Positions 26,899-39,864 of a stretch of 64,000 nucleotides of DNA are shown in pieces. A program made the position numbers and the translations under genes. The stretch comes from Dimorphilus gyrociliatus (lineage: Eukaryota; Animalia; Annelida), in assembly GCA_904063045.1 (NCBI GenBank), contig CAJFCJ010000020.1, positions 1,356,916 through 1,420,915 on the forward strand, in the 5' to 3' direction. The notes under the pieces were generated by a model. The model saw only the letters and a program-made list of their open reading frames with translations, did not search any database and was not told the DNA's origin. The first letter of the stretch is position 1, and the number at the start of each line of letters is the position of its first letter.

Positions 26899-29800
26899 AT
26901 GGCGGAGAGAGTGAAGGTAGCTGTACGTGTGCGACCATTTATATCCTTTTATGAAATTAATTATATGTTTATATTTCTTATACATAATTGCTTTATATAA
27001 AAGTTTAATTACTGATTAAAATTACGTAATAGCATTCTGTTAATTAGCCTTTCAACTAGTTCTTAAAAAAACTTCATTCAACTGGCGGGAAGATTAACGT
27101 CTGTCTATAAAAAAAGTTGGAAATTGTATATATTCAATGATTTGTAGTAAATTTGCATAAATTTAAACAAAAACCTCCTTAACTCGCATTCTTACAATGA
27201 ACGCGAAAAAAAGCGAAATGCCAAACTGGTTATTGATATGAAAGGGAATCTTACCTATATTTCGGATCCCAACAACAAAAGTAACAAAAAGGATTTCGCT
27301 TTCGATTACTCTTACTGGTCTCATGACGGTTTCAAGGAGGAGAAAAATGGTTATCTATCACCAGAAAGTGCTGCATATGCTGATCAGGTTTGTATGTTTT
27401 ATTCTTTACTTTCTTTTCTATCATAATTGTCTGTTGTTTGTTTCGCTTATAAAAGATTTATAAATATTACTGTCATCGTCAATTGTTCAGTAGGCCTATT
27501 ATTAAAATGGTTTTGTTTTTTTAGTTAAAGTTCAACAAGCTTTCTATATGAAAGACTTAAAAAAAAATAGATTTTACCTCTGTGAAAACAAGTAATTAAA
27601 ATTAGGCATAAAATTATTGATTTAAATAGGAAAAACGGAAAAAAACGAGAGAGAAAGAAGACTAGTAAATGAATCTTATAAGATAAATATTTAAATATTG
27701 AAATATCTCTTTTTCGTATTTGCATTTATACATAATGCTATATTGTAAAATAATCGAATTATTTATGATTATTGCAAACAATAGACTAAGTCATCAATGT
27801 TTGTTATAGAAAAAAGTCTTTGATGACTTGGGTAAAGGAGTTTTAGAAAATGCTTGGAGTGGTTTCAATTGCTCATTATTTGCCTATGGACAAACCGGAT
27901 CTGGAAAATCGTACTCAATGGTTGGATATGGAAATAATAAAGGTATGAAATCTAAACAACATCAATTGTTTAGTTCTCTTTGAGTGTCCTTAAACGAATG
28001 GAAAAATATATATATTGTTTTTTAGGTATTGTCCCTATTGTTTGTGAAAAATTATTTCAAGAGATCGAAGGCAAGAGAGAGAAAGCAAAAGATAGTGAAT
28101 ATCAAGTTGTTTTCTCTATGATAGAAATTTATAATGAACAGGCAAGAGATCTTTTGAATCCAGCATCATTTAAAGTTAAAGGAGGTTTAAAAGTGAGAGA
28201 AAATCCCACAAAAGGACTTTTCTTTGGTGAGTTTTTTTGTACAATGATTGATCTTGTTCTGATTAATTTGCATTGTGTATTTTCTTTTTTATCGATTTGT
28301 AGTCGATGGACTGAAAGAACTACCAGTTAATAGCTATCAATCTATTGAATCAAAGATGACAGAGGGAACTAAAAATCGAACAGTTGCTTCCACAAACATG
28401 AATGCGACTTCTTCCAGAGCTCATACTGTCATTGGTATAAAATTTACGCAAAAAACACCAAATGCTTCTGGTCAGAGTATGACTAGGGTTTCGGTCATAA
28501 ATCTAGTTGATTTAGCCGGAAGTGAAAGAGCAAATTCCACGGGAGCAGAGGGTGATCGTTTGAAAGAAGGCGCCTCTATTAATCAATCCCTCAGCAATTT
28601 AGGAAATTGTATAAATGCTTTGGCGGAAAATAAAAAGAATAGTAAGTTGTAATTGTTCTTCGTATTCGTTCAAGTACAACAAGAGTATAATACCCCAATA
28701 TTTATAGTTCCATTTAGAAATTCTGCACTTACCAAACTACTTAAGAATGCTTTGGGTGGAAATTCAAAGACTGTTATGATAGCTGCTCTATCACCTGCTG
28801 ATATTAATTATGACGAAACTTTGTCAACTCTAAGATTTGGTAGGTGAAATATCATCTTACTTTACATGATAATAACGATGTCTCACCACACTAGCTGATA
28901 GAGCAAAGAGCATTAAAACCAAAGCTGTCATTAACGAATCTCCTACTGATAAGCTTATTAGGGAACTTAAAGAAGAAAATGAGAGATTAAAGAAAATGGT
29001 GGAAGGTAAGGGTGGTGTACCTGCAGGAGTTGAAAATAAAGAGGAATATGAAAATATGCAAAGAGAACTAGAAGCTAATAAGAAAGAAATTGAAGATATG
29101 GAAAAAAGTTATCAAGAAAAGTTAGCAGCAATAGAAGCTGCTGCGAAAGAGCAAGCCAAAGAGGCTGCTGCAGATAAAAAGAAATCTGAGCAAAGAAAAG
29201 TTATGCCACATCTTTGGAATTTAAATGAAGATCCAGCTCTTACTGGAATTGTATGCCATTTTACTCCACAAGGAGACTCTAAAATAGGAAACAATAAGGG
29301 AAAGAATCCTGATATAATTCTTAGTGGAATGGGGTAAGTTAACTACGATCTATCCTTTTGGGTTGTTAATTGTAAATATTCTATGTAGGATGCTTCCTGA
29401 ACATGCAGTTATATCCAACTCAAAAGATCAGAAGATTATTTTGAAACCATGCGCAGGAGCTAAAATATGCCTTAATGGTAATGAAATAAAGGATAAAAAA
29501 GAATTACATCATAACGACAGAGTTCAATTCGGAGCAAACATGTTATTCGTATTCCACCATCCGAAGGATTATACTGCTCTAGCAAAGAAGAAGAAAGTTC
29601 CTCCAGAACCTACTTTTGAACAAGCCAGAGATGAAATTTCACAAAATTCTGGAATCAACAAGATCTTAGATGATAAGAGTAGGTTTAAACCACTACAAAC
29701 TTATATTTTCCTACTGTTTATAACAATTTTTCATGTGTATTTTGTTTTCTAAAATAATTTTAGTGGACCAAATGCTACAACAAGATTTGATGGAAATTTG

Positions 29801-31706
29801 GCCTATGCTAAACGAAGCGAACATGATGAGTGAGGAATTAGATAAACAAGTTAAATTTGAGATAGCGTTGATTGCTCCCCAAGCTGTTGGAAAGAAATCT
29901 GGAAGAACTGAGGTAATTTTGTTAGAGGTAATTGATTTAACAAGTACTTACTAAGTTGTTCAATCAAAAGATTAAAGTTAAAGTTAAAGATCTACCGACC
30001 GGCAACGAGTTCATGTGGGATAAAAATACTTTCACAAACAGAAAATACATGATGCAAGAAATGTATAACAATTACATCGATGGCGATGCTGATTGGGATA
30101 AACCTAAAAATGAAGATCCTTTTTGGGAAGATCCCAACAATCCTTATCTAATTGGAACAGCTCATGTTCATATGATGGCAGTTGCTTATAACTTTCACAC
30201 AGATGAAACTTTCTTAATTACCGATTATAGAGGAATAGATCAAGGTCAATTATCTTGCAAATTACTAATTACTTCGAAGAACGGGAAAGTTCTTTCCGAT
30301 AAGGAGTTAGATGAAATTGCAATAGAGGATCCATCTCGTGATCTCGTTGGTTGTTGTTTAAATTTTAAACTAGAAATTCCCTGTGTCCGTGGTATAAATA
30401 AAAAATATTCTCAAGTAAATATGATTTATGCTTCATATCTGAATATTTATTCAACTCTACTATTTATAAATATTCTAACAGGTTTATTGCGCATATCAAT
30501 TTTACATTGATGATAAAAAGGAACAAACAAGGGAAGTTGGAGGAACAATTAACCCTGACTTTAATTTTTCTAAGGCTTACGCTTTTGATCCAGCTACTCC
30601 TCAGGTACAATAAGATTTTTTTAGTCTTGTATTCGCTTTTCAAAAAAGTTCACCAAAATTTAATTAAAAGCTTGTACAATACCTCGAACAAGAAACGTTA
30701 GTAATTGAAGTATGGGGAAGACAAAAGTCCAGTGATGGAAATAATTCGGGATTAAGTACCAGAGAGCTGAGCTTGAAAGACCGAAAAGGCGCGGCAGCAA
30801 AGGCAACAGGAAAAGGAAAAGGAGGAGCTAGAGCTGTAAGTACCCCCCCCCCACCCGTTTCTATCCTTATTCTTATTTACTTAGCATGATTCTTGTAAGA
30901 ACAATCATACAACTCTAAACCAGTAGACTCTATTTAGATTTAACATCATAATATAAAGTAAAATAGTTTCTATATTATCTATACTGTATATCGATTGTAT
31001 ATTCATTCAATTAGGATGACAAGGAAGATGATGCGGTAAGGCAAAAAGTTTTTTTTACTGAAGCCTTAAAAAAAAGACACAATAAGAAAATGATTAATCA
31101 CCAATTGGCTTCAGATTATTTTGTGTATATTTTAATTGACTCTTTTCATTAAGTTCACGTTTTATTGTTAATTTATAATTTGATCACCATTTTTTTGATT
31201 TTGAACTGATCCTTTATCACATGTTGTCAAAATTACATCCTGTAAATTTATACTTTTTTATATCAATATTAAAATGATTGAAATTTACAATTTTATTTAT
31301 AAAATTTCTCACTTACAGAGCTCTAAAAGTAACATTGAAGCTATGACATATAAGCGTCGTATGGAAAGAGCTGAACAGAAATTGGTAAGATTTTTTTTTC
31401 TGTTTATTCATCAACAAAAAATTTTACGTTTTTCCATACTTTTATTTCTTTAGAGAAAACTTGCTAATATTGTTGAAGATGCTAAATCGAAAAATGCAAA
31501 GGATATTGATGTAAATATCTTGATTGTATAGAATTAAGTACAAAATTAATTAATCTACGTTAAAAATACTATAGATTTCGAAAATTGAAGAAGTTATCAT
31601 GGCTGGATATAAATTTAAAGCTGCTGCAAATGTAGTGAAACAAGTTTTGAAAGCGAAGAATAACAATATGGGGACTGCTACTTCGCAAGCTTGCTCATTG
31701 CAATGA
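26899..31706 (+). CDS. Kinesin-3 family motor, KIF28-like (motor, FHA, C2-like tail); multi-exon
   Basis: [10 protein letters not shown]|[50 protein letters not shown] and an FHA region. Ends SQACSLQ*. Confidence 0.9.
26941..27195 (+). other. U12-type (minor spliceosome) AT-AC intron, 255 nt
   Basis: 5' end ATATCCTTTT, branch site TCCTTAAC at 27176-27183, 3' end AC. Removal gives the conserved VRVRPF|NEREK in frame. Confidence 0.93.
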
Positions 31707-31990
31707 CACTCTTTTATTCTAATTACAATTTATCTATTAACAATTCCAATCTCTTTCAAGTTAAATTGATAGAATTCTCTTGTTTTATCATTTTCTACTT
31801 TATTTGAATATAATTATAAGTTTAATAAAAAATGTTCCATATTTTAATATAATACCGTTTTAATTGTCCATGAACATTGCCACTTTTCGATAAATTACTT
31901 TTAATTAGGATAAATAATATCTGCAATTAAATGTTTAAAACTTTACGCGAAATAACAGTACCCGTTTACATTTGAGCGATAATACAAAGC

Positions 31991-32738
31991 ATGGAGGAGG
32001 AACTCGAAAAGAGGTATATTTTTGTAAAATTTAACTTTCCTCAACAATAAAACAAATCCCAATTGTTCCTAAAGTTTAAAAAAGTATGTGGCTCTCATCA
32101 ATCAATTTCACGAAGGTCATTTGACAACGTTTGTTAACCGGATTGTTCGAGAATTAAACGTAGGGTTTTGAATTCCAAACATACAATTTTTCTTCTCAAC
32201 CTTCTCTGTTTTTTAGAATCAAGAAAAATTTCAACATGACGAAATGCTCAAACTGCAAAAAGTTTTTAATTTATCGCACCAGGAATTGAAAGATTTAGTT
32301 CACGCATTTACTTCTTCATTTAAAGTAATAGCCTTCTATGGAACGAAGCCTGTTCATTTGCAATCTTGTTTAGAGAGATTAGGAATAAACTCTGAATTAT
32401 CACTGCTTATTGCGAAAGCATGGTCGGATAATTCTCGCCAGTTAATTAGTGAAATGAGAGAAAAGTCTTCTAATGCCCCTCGTCTGAAAGATATAAGATG
32501 GAAAACTGGTGTTACAGCTTCTAGTTCCTCCGCTTCTGAACAGAATATTGGTACAGGTCTACTAGAATTAAAACTGGAGAATAGTAATACCGCTCAAATA
32601 GAATTCGATAAGTCTAGTTTAAAGGATTTTTACGATCAAGTAAAACGTTCTGCTTTCAATAGTAATTCAATTGTCTAATTTCTTATTATTTTTACACAGC
32701 TCGAAAAGATACAAGGAAGACTGGATTTGTTACAATGA
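31991..32738 (+). CDS. COMMD10: COMM domain-containing protein 10; multi-exon
   Basis: IAFYGTKP..LQSCLE, AKAW, LKDIRWK, IEFDKSSLKDFYDQ|LEKIQGRLDLLQ*. Confidence 0.8.
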
Positions 32739-32802
32739 TAATTAACTGTAATTATAAATAATCGCAAGCAAAAACTACTAAACTCTATAAAAAATATTTA
32801 AA

Positions 32803-35800
32803 TTATTTTCCATAAAACTTTTTGTTCAGAAGGAAAATTAATAAATTTACGTTGATGTAGGCCTTGTCAAACATATTCATTTTCGCTACACCTTCGTACT
32901 GTTGTTGTAATAAGTCGTCAATCGTTAGTTGAACTTTATCCATATCTACGCCCATAAATTTGGCGCTGATATCGAACACACCAGGTTGGTCGGCCGCTTT
33001 GATCTCGAATTGCACATTCTTAAATTGATTGTGGGGTAGACCTTCTATTTCTAGAACAACTCCTTTTTCTCTCAATTTGGCTGCGGAGTATTTAATACTT
33101 TGATTCTTTTTAGTTTTCAATAGTTTTCTCTGTTTTCTTGGAACTGCTTGCTGTTTATCCAAACAAGTTTTTATGTATTGTGTGTAGAAGTTAACTTGTT
33201 CTTCTGAAAAGGCTCTTTTAGCAGCCAGTCTATCGATAGTCATTCTAACTCGTGTTAGCTCGTTTCGACGTCTTGCTCTATGTACTCTTTGGCTTCTGAT
33301 ATCGTTGGCAATTGATGTAACCATAGCTTGAAAGTCATCTGCTTCTGAAACCAATTGTTGTTTTTCTAATTCCCTCAAGTTATTTATTATTTTAGTTTTT
33401 ATAACTTCTAGAGGCAGTCGAGCATCGGTTAAAGTGCTTTTGTGTCTAACCAAGGATGCTCCTCGCCTTTCAGCATCCCTGTCGAGACGTTGTCTCCTAG
33501 CAATCACTACTTGGTATAGTTTCTCTTCCTCACTTGTTGTGGGAGACAGTAGAACTTGGAGAAGACTCGAGCCATAATTCTGACATCGGAGAACATCAAC
33601 TGTAAGACGCTTTGTGCGTAGAAATAGTGTTCTTGCATCTGAAATTGTATCATCCATCAGCAAATCGACGTTTTTCTTACAAAGGGTCAAAGATATTTCT
33701 GTTCTTCCAACAGAGCGACTTTCCTCATCATGACCCGCAACTTCTTCTGGTGTGGGTATATCCCCAAGTTCTTCGAGAATTTCATGAAGAGGGTCGTCTG
33801 CGCCATCCGTAATGTGCGACTCATGCTGCATCAATAGTTTATGAATATCAATCATCTCCTGAATAGATATATATATGATCGGTTTAGATAAAAGTGTCAC
33901 ATCAGTCCATTCGTCGATATTATAATAATTTTCCAACGATTCTACGTCGCAAACATCAACAAGATATTGTTTAAAGCGAACGTGTGCCTGCATAATATAA
34001 GAATTCAGAGGAGTGAGATGAGCTGAATGTTCTCCACCAAAACCTTTATTAGAAGCAATAAACTGTAACATTTTTGCAACGGATCCTAAGTTTTTTCTCT
34101 GAGTTGGTTTCAAGCCACTTGAAGCTGGAACTTGAATTATATTGAAAGCATCAGGAGCAACAATAGCAGAATTTATATATCTGTAATAAACAAGGTTGCC
34201 TAAAACTTTCAGAACATCTTTTTCTAAAGCTTCTGGAAATCTTTCATGCAAAGCATGTCGGAGGACTTTAGCCATATACCGCATGGCGTATGGTAGCTGA
34301 TGCGGCGACGCCAAAATAGCATTTAAAACTTTATCCGTTATAACTTGTAGAGCATTTACATTTTCAGAAATTTTATCTCGAACGTAGTCATACTGCAAAG
34401 CAGTGATAGAATCAACTTCGTAAGGTAATGGTGATGGCTTTCCAGTTGCACTCTCATTCTCATTTATCCATGATTTATAAATATCACATGGATTCGTATT
34501 TATGTCCAAATCATTGCTGTCAACAATTGATGTAACAAGGGGTTGCAAAAGGTTCCGTAACGCTTCTTGACCTTTGGCTTCTCGATTGAGAGAGACAATC
34601 ATCTTGATAACAAGAGGATTTCCCGAAATAATGTCGCTCATTACACCAATTTTTGATCTAGGAAAAAATAAAACAAACATTAAATGAAACACCAACAAAC
34701 GATTAATTAAATTAGGTCAACGTAATAAGAAAAATTTTGCAAAGAATGAAAGTTCTAGTCCTTATCCCAAAGATTTAAATACATTATCTATTACTTACTG
34801 TCTTCTATTTTATAAAGATTGTGTAAAAATTTCAAAATAAGATAGTTAGGAATGTAAAATCATATATCAAAAACTATTCTTTGACGAACCTAATTTCCTC
34901 CTTTAAAGCGGATTCGTAAAGTTTAAGAAGAAGGTACTCCTCTCTAGGATTAGAACCATAATTAAATAAAGTTAAAACGGAAGATTCGAGTAATTTAGAA
35001 GAAGTTGTCGGAGGTAACTCAAAAACTAGTCGGGCAAGATATGATGGTTGTGTCTGTTGTTTAACACGGATATCTCTATAAGATAATACTTTTTAATGAA
35101 ATTGTTAAGTAACCTGTAGCAAATAAAAGAGATGTTGGTATGCTTCCAATCTATCTCTGCTTGTTTTATGCAAGCTTTTAATTCCTTTTGCTTGATTTTC
35201 TTGAGTGTATCTTTTCAAGGATTTATGATGTTTAATAACATCTTGAAGTGAAGTTCTATTACGAATAAGTAGACCAATTTTTACGTCCATTTGATCAAGG
35301 TCTGCTTCAAGTGCTTGATTTGTCCGAATATCGGAAACAAGTTGTTGTCTTAGTCGCTTTAAATTAAAAGATAAATTGTTTAAATATTTACAACCTAAAA
35401 ATATATTGCAAATTTACCTGTAGTTCAATCTCTTCGGCATAGTCAACGTGACTTTGCTCCAAGAGATGTACAAATTTTCTAACAACAGCTAAAGGAGGTT
35501 TGTTAGAATTCATCAAAGTTCTGTAATCATTTCTCATCCAATGGGCACGAACAAACGCTTGAATTTTAACTGCAGCCGATTCCTTTTTAAAAAAAAGTAA
35601 ATTAAAACAAAGTCTTTTTTATATAATAAAAAAATATATATATAGATATTTCATGCTCTTAAAACTTACATGTTGTTTATAATAATCAAGTTTAGCAGTG
35701 TACTTTCTCCTTGCAATAAAGCGTCTAATCATCGATTGAATCTAACATTGTAAAAGCCAGACGTGAAAAGAGCGAGGGTGAACAGTAATTGAAATAATCA

Positions 35801-38800
35801 CTTACAAGTATTGTTTCATGCTTTGCGAAATGAAAACTTTCTAAACGTTGCATAAACTTCCTACGTTCTCTAATTGCTCTCCACCAGGACTTTATTGTGT
35901 GCATTTCAATAAACATTATAGCTAATTTATAAATATAACAAAATGGTAAGCTATACCTGAATTTTAATAGCAGCTCTCAATTCAACATATCTCTTCCGAG
36001 CTTGATAACGTCGAAATATGGACTATATATGGAATAAATACCAAAGAGGTTAAAGAATAAAATACGGTTCAAAATGAATTGAATAGTAAAAAAAAAGCAC
36101 AATAAAACAAATTTATAATAAAATAATTGTCGCACCTGAATTGCTATGACAGATGATACATTTGCTTTGAACATTGCATATCTATCATGCTGAGACAAGA
36201 CATGTTCGATGCATTTGGATATTTGATCCCTCGTCAGAATAGCTTTATCTTTTAGCATATCTTTACGTCTCTCCCATAAATATTCACCAGTGTAGACATT
36301 GGAGAAGAATTTAAAATTTCCATCTCTGGTTCTATAGAAAAAGATGTATAGAAATGTTTTAACAAAAAACGATTTATTACCTATTCATTGTCCAACCGCT
36401 TCCAATTTCACCAACGGTTGCTTTACGAACGTTATCTTTACGTTCAATTTCCAATGCTTCTAAACATGTTGTGATACAAGTTTCTGGGATTGTTTTCAAA
36501 CATAAAACAGGGTTTGAAAGGGATTTTATTAATGTGTCCTCGTCTCTCTCGTCAATAGCGACATTGGCGACCGATATTGCCGCAGACACTGAAGCAAATT
36601 GTTTAAATTAGAATGCTATAATATCAATTAGTCCCCTCTTTCAGCAGATATAAACATACTTTTAATTACTTCGTTAGCATGACTATTTGCCAGATCAATA
36701 GTTCTGGCAATCTCTTCATACCACAATTCAGCGGATTCTTCCCCCAAAGTTTTAGCTTTTCCCAACTTTGCGCAAGCTAACAAACGTTGGTAGTGAAACG
36801 CTTGCTTTGAATCCACATCTTCTAGTTGAATATGTGGATTTTGTAAAGCCGATAAAGTCCCGGCGACTACACCTGCGTCTATTGCGTTATTAATTCGATG
36901 AACGGCTTCTATACCTATAAAAAATACACAGGCCTATTTGTTTGTATTGGTTTTTTAAAAGAATGTCAACAAATACATACGTTTGGCCTCGCTAAATATT
37001 CGTTTATTAACAGAATTTACAGCTTGTTGGATGTCGCTATGAGACAAATATTTCCCATTTTTTCTCGAGCGCAATTCTTTCAAGTAGTCGTTTACACAAT
37101 CGGCTGCAACACCTACAATGTGAACATCTTCGGCCATTAATGATCCATACAATTCATCAACGTTCTTCGATTCAATAGATTTGTTAACTTGAGCAACCGC
37201 CGAAAGAACTTGTAGCCCTCCAAAAATTTCATCAAATTCTAAGTCAGCATTTTTTTCTTGACGAGCAGAACTTAATTCTTGCAAATAAAGAGCAGATGCT
37301 TCTAAGTAAATCTTTGGTAGAAACAATAGGGCATTAGAAAAAGACTTCTCCAACATCGTAACGTCTTCGTTTATCAAAGAAGTATTAAGTTGTGCCACAA
37401 ACGTTTCGACTGTGATTGAAAAAAATAGAAATAAGTCGTAATTAAAACTTTCCTATCATATTCCTTACGTTTTGCCATTCGACAAGATTCATTGTTGACT
37501 AAAACCAATACTTTTTGTATGCTATCTCTGTCGAAGTCTTCATTATCAACTATTGAACTTAAAGATCGTAAATATTCAGATGTATTATCACTTAGAACAT
37601 CTTTTAAGGATAAACATCGATTTCTTAAAGCTGCTAAGAGAGCATCTTTGTCCTCCCTACCGACCGACGACCGAACGTAAGAGAGAGCTCGTTGACCGTT
37701 AGATTGCTGAACTAAGCCTTGTATTTCAGCTTGCGTAAGCAACTCATCATACACATCCGCCACATAATCTGGATCCAATGAACGATTTTTCGCTCCTTCA
37801 GATTTCATGTGTTTGGCATCGTATAGAACCAATTGATATATTTCAGCGCAATCGTCGTCAACATGATCCAAATGAGCAGCCGGATTGTGTAAGGCCTTAA
37901 TGGTTTGTTCGGGAATGGATTGTTCAATTGCTTCGTTGATAGCGATGACAGCTGCGTGCACTAGAAATCGAAACGTTTACGTCAACATAACATTTTTCAT
38001 CAATGATAATTGAAAAAAGTAAAAGCTTACAGGCGGCCTCGTCAACTGGAAGTTGATTGGCTAAAATTCCTCCAATTTTACCAAAAGCTGGCATTTGAAT
38101 GCCATATTTGGCGAGTTCTTTTCTCATAGCGTTTATTTGTTCATCAGTAAAAGTAAGTTTACCATAAAGATCTTGTATCAATGGAGCTTTACCCAACTTA
38201 AATAAATACAAGCTGAGGGCATGGATGCAATAAATACATCTTGGTATATTCTTCCGATCATAAATGTCCGTTGTCTCTGGATAGAAAATCTAACACAAAA
38301 AGGATGTTTAATAACAAGCCGTAAACTTGTTGAACGGGAAAGAAACGACCTATAATCAATACCTCGGAATTTTAAATCAATAGGAATAAAATGTGTTAAC
38401 ATAGACCACGAAATCGAAATAACTTTATAGCTATTTCTAAATTGATTTGTTAATAAAGTAAACATGAAATTACCGATGGAAATCCGACTTGATTCAAAGC
38501 TTTCAAAAACAAATTAATGTTGTCTGTATGTTTAAAATGTAGTCCTCTTGACTGCAAATAATTTCATATTTTTTCATTAGAGCTCTAAACAAACATGTTA
38601 AAGCCCTTAGAATACTAACTTCATATCTACTCATATCCGAATCGTAAATACGTCTTAACGGTACTGTTTCATTACTCATGAAATGGGCTAATTTTGCTAA
38701 AATAACGCCGTTACGCAGAACTTCTTCCATTTCTGTTACCTCTGGCAGCGATTCCTCTATACAGGCCTCAATCCACCTAAATAGAAAAATTCAATGTTAT

Positions 38801-39054
38801 TATTTTCAAAAAATAATACGCTGTTGGGCGTAAGCATATGACACACGAACATTTTTGCCTCTTCTAAGTGGCAGAGGTATTCGTAGGCAATATTCTTTTG
38901 CCTTTGGACATCCATTTCTTCGGCTGACGGCTGAGGTCTTTCGCCGATTTCTGTTTATAATCCATATATCAGGAGGCTGAATGCATTAAGATTTAGTAAT
39001 TGGGTTAAACTTACTGCCATACTTCGCTTTATGGTTCTCTTCTTCAGTTATCAT
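32803..39054 (-). CDS. IQGAP1: IQGAP scaffold (CH, IQGAP repeats, WW, IQ motifs, RasGAP-related domain, RGCT); multi-exon
   Basis: MEEVLRNGVILAKL (CH), GKAPLIQDLYGK, WW segment, GNPLVIKMIVS, LGNLVYYRYINSAIVAPD, YSAAKLREKGV and INVNLLIFLLNKKFYGK*. Symbol marks the family; paralog identity is not resolvable. Confidence 0.95.
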
Positions 39055-39268
39055 GTCTTGATTACATGAGTTAACGCTGGAGAAAGTTAAATTTATGTAG
39101 AAGAAAAACCAAAACAATAGTATCAATATAGACGAAACCAAAAACAAGTGAGCGTTATTTCAAGTGAGCGCGTTTTTTTCAACTGCTATTTTGCCTCGTT
39201 TCAAAATTCGATTAATCGAATTCAAGTCGATTAATAATCGAAGTTTTTCGATTTGACTCATCACCCGG

Positions 39269-39282
39269 CCTTTTCCGTTTCC
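39269..39282 (+). promoter_or_regulatory. Polypyrimidine TCT/5'TOP-like element
   Basis: CCTTTTCCGTTTCC 16 nt upstream of the RPL39 ATG, typical of ribosomal protein gene starts. Confidence 0.55.
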
Positions 39283-39298
39283 GATTTGAGAAAGGAAC

Positions 39299-39454
39299 AT
39301 GGCCGCACATAAAACTTTCCGCATTAAGCGTATTTTGGCTAAGAAACAGAAGCAAAATCGCCCTGTACCACAATGGGTTAGAATGAAAACTGGAAACACC
39401 ATCCGTTACAACTCCAAGAGAAGACATTGGAGAAGAACTAAGCTGAAATTGTAA
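39299..39454 (+). CDS. RPL39: 60S ribosomal protein L39 (eL39), 51 aa, intronless
   Basis: [51 protein letters not shown]. Below the ORF-track length cutoff. Confidence 0.98.
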   Translation: MAAHKTFRIKRILAKKQKQNRPVPQWVRMKTGNTIRYNSKRRHWRRTKLKL

Positions 39455-39864
39455 GCTGGGGCGACGAGCGTGCTGGAGAAGTAGTCACGTGGGTCATATT
39501 CAATCGACGAAATTTGGTTTTTGGCGTTTAAAAGTCGCTCTAATACATTTCATGAAGTGATACATAAAAAAATTGTGTTATTAGCGCTAAATTTGGATAT
39601 TTTATCGAATATTTTTTTTTGTAGGACTCTAATAGTTTATGTATACGACTATAAGTCAGTCCTTTCAGGCTTCTTCCCCTATCTATCGAAGCATATTGCT
39701 TTAGAGGGATGTATAATATCGAATATTTCGTTTGGAATACTTTATTTCACTTTGTAAACGACGCTTGCATATATAACAACAGTAAACATAGAAAATTTTG
39801 AATCAGTACGAAAAGTTGTCAGTTGATATGAATTTTTAGATTTTTCCTCACTTCAGTCAAATTA

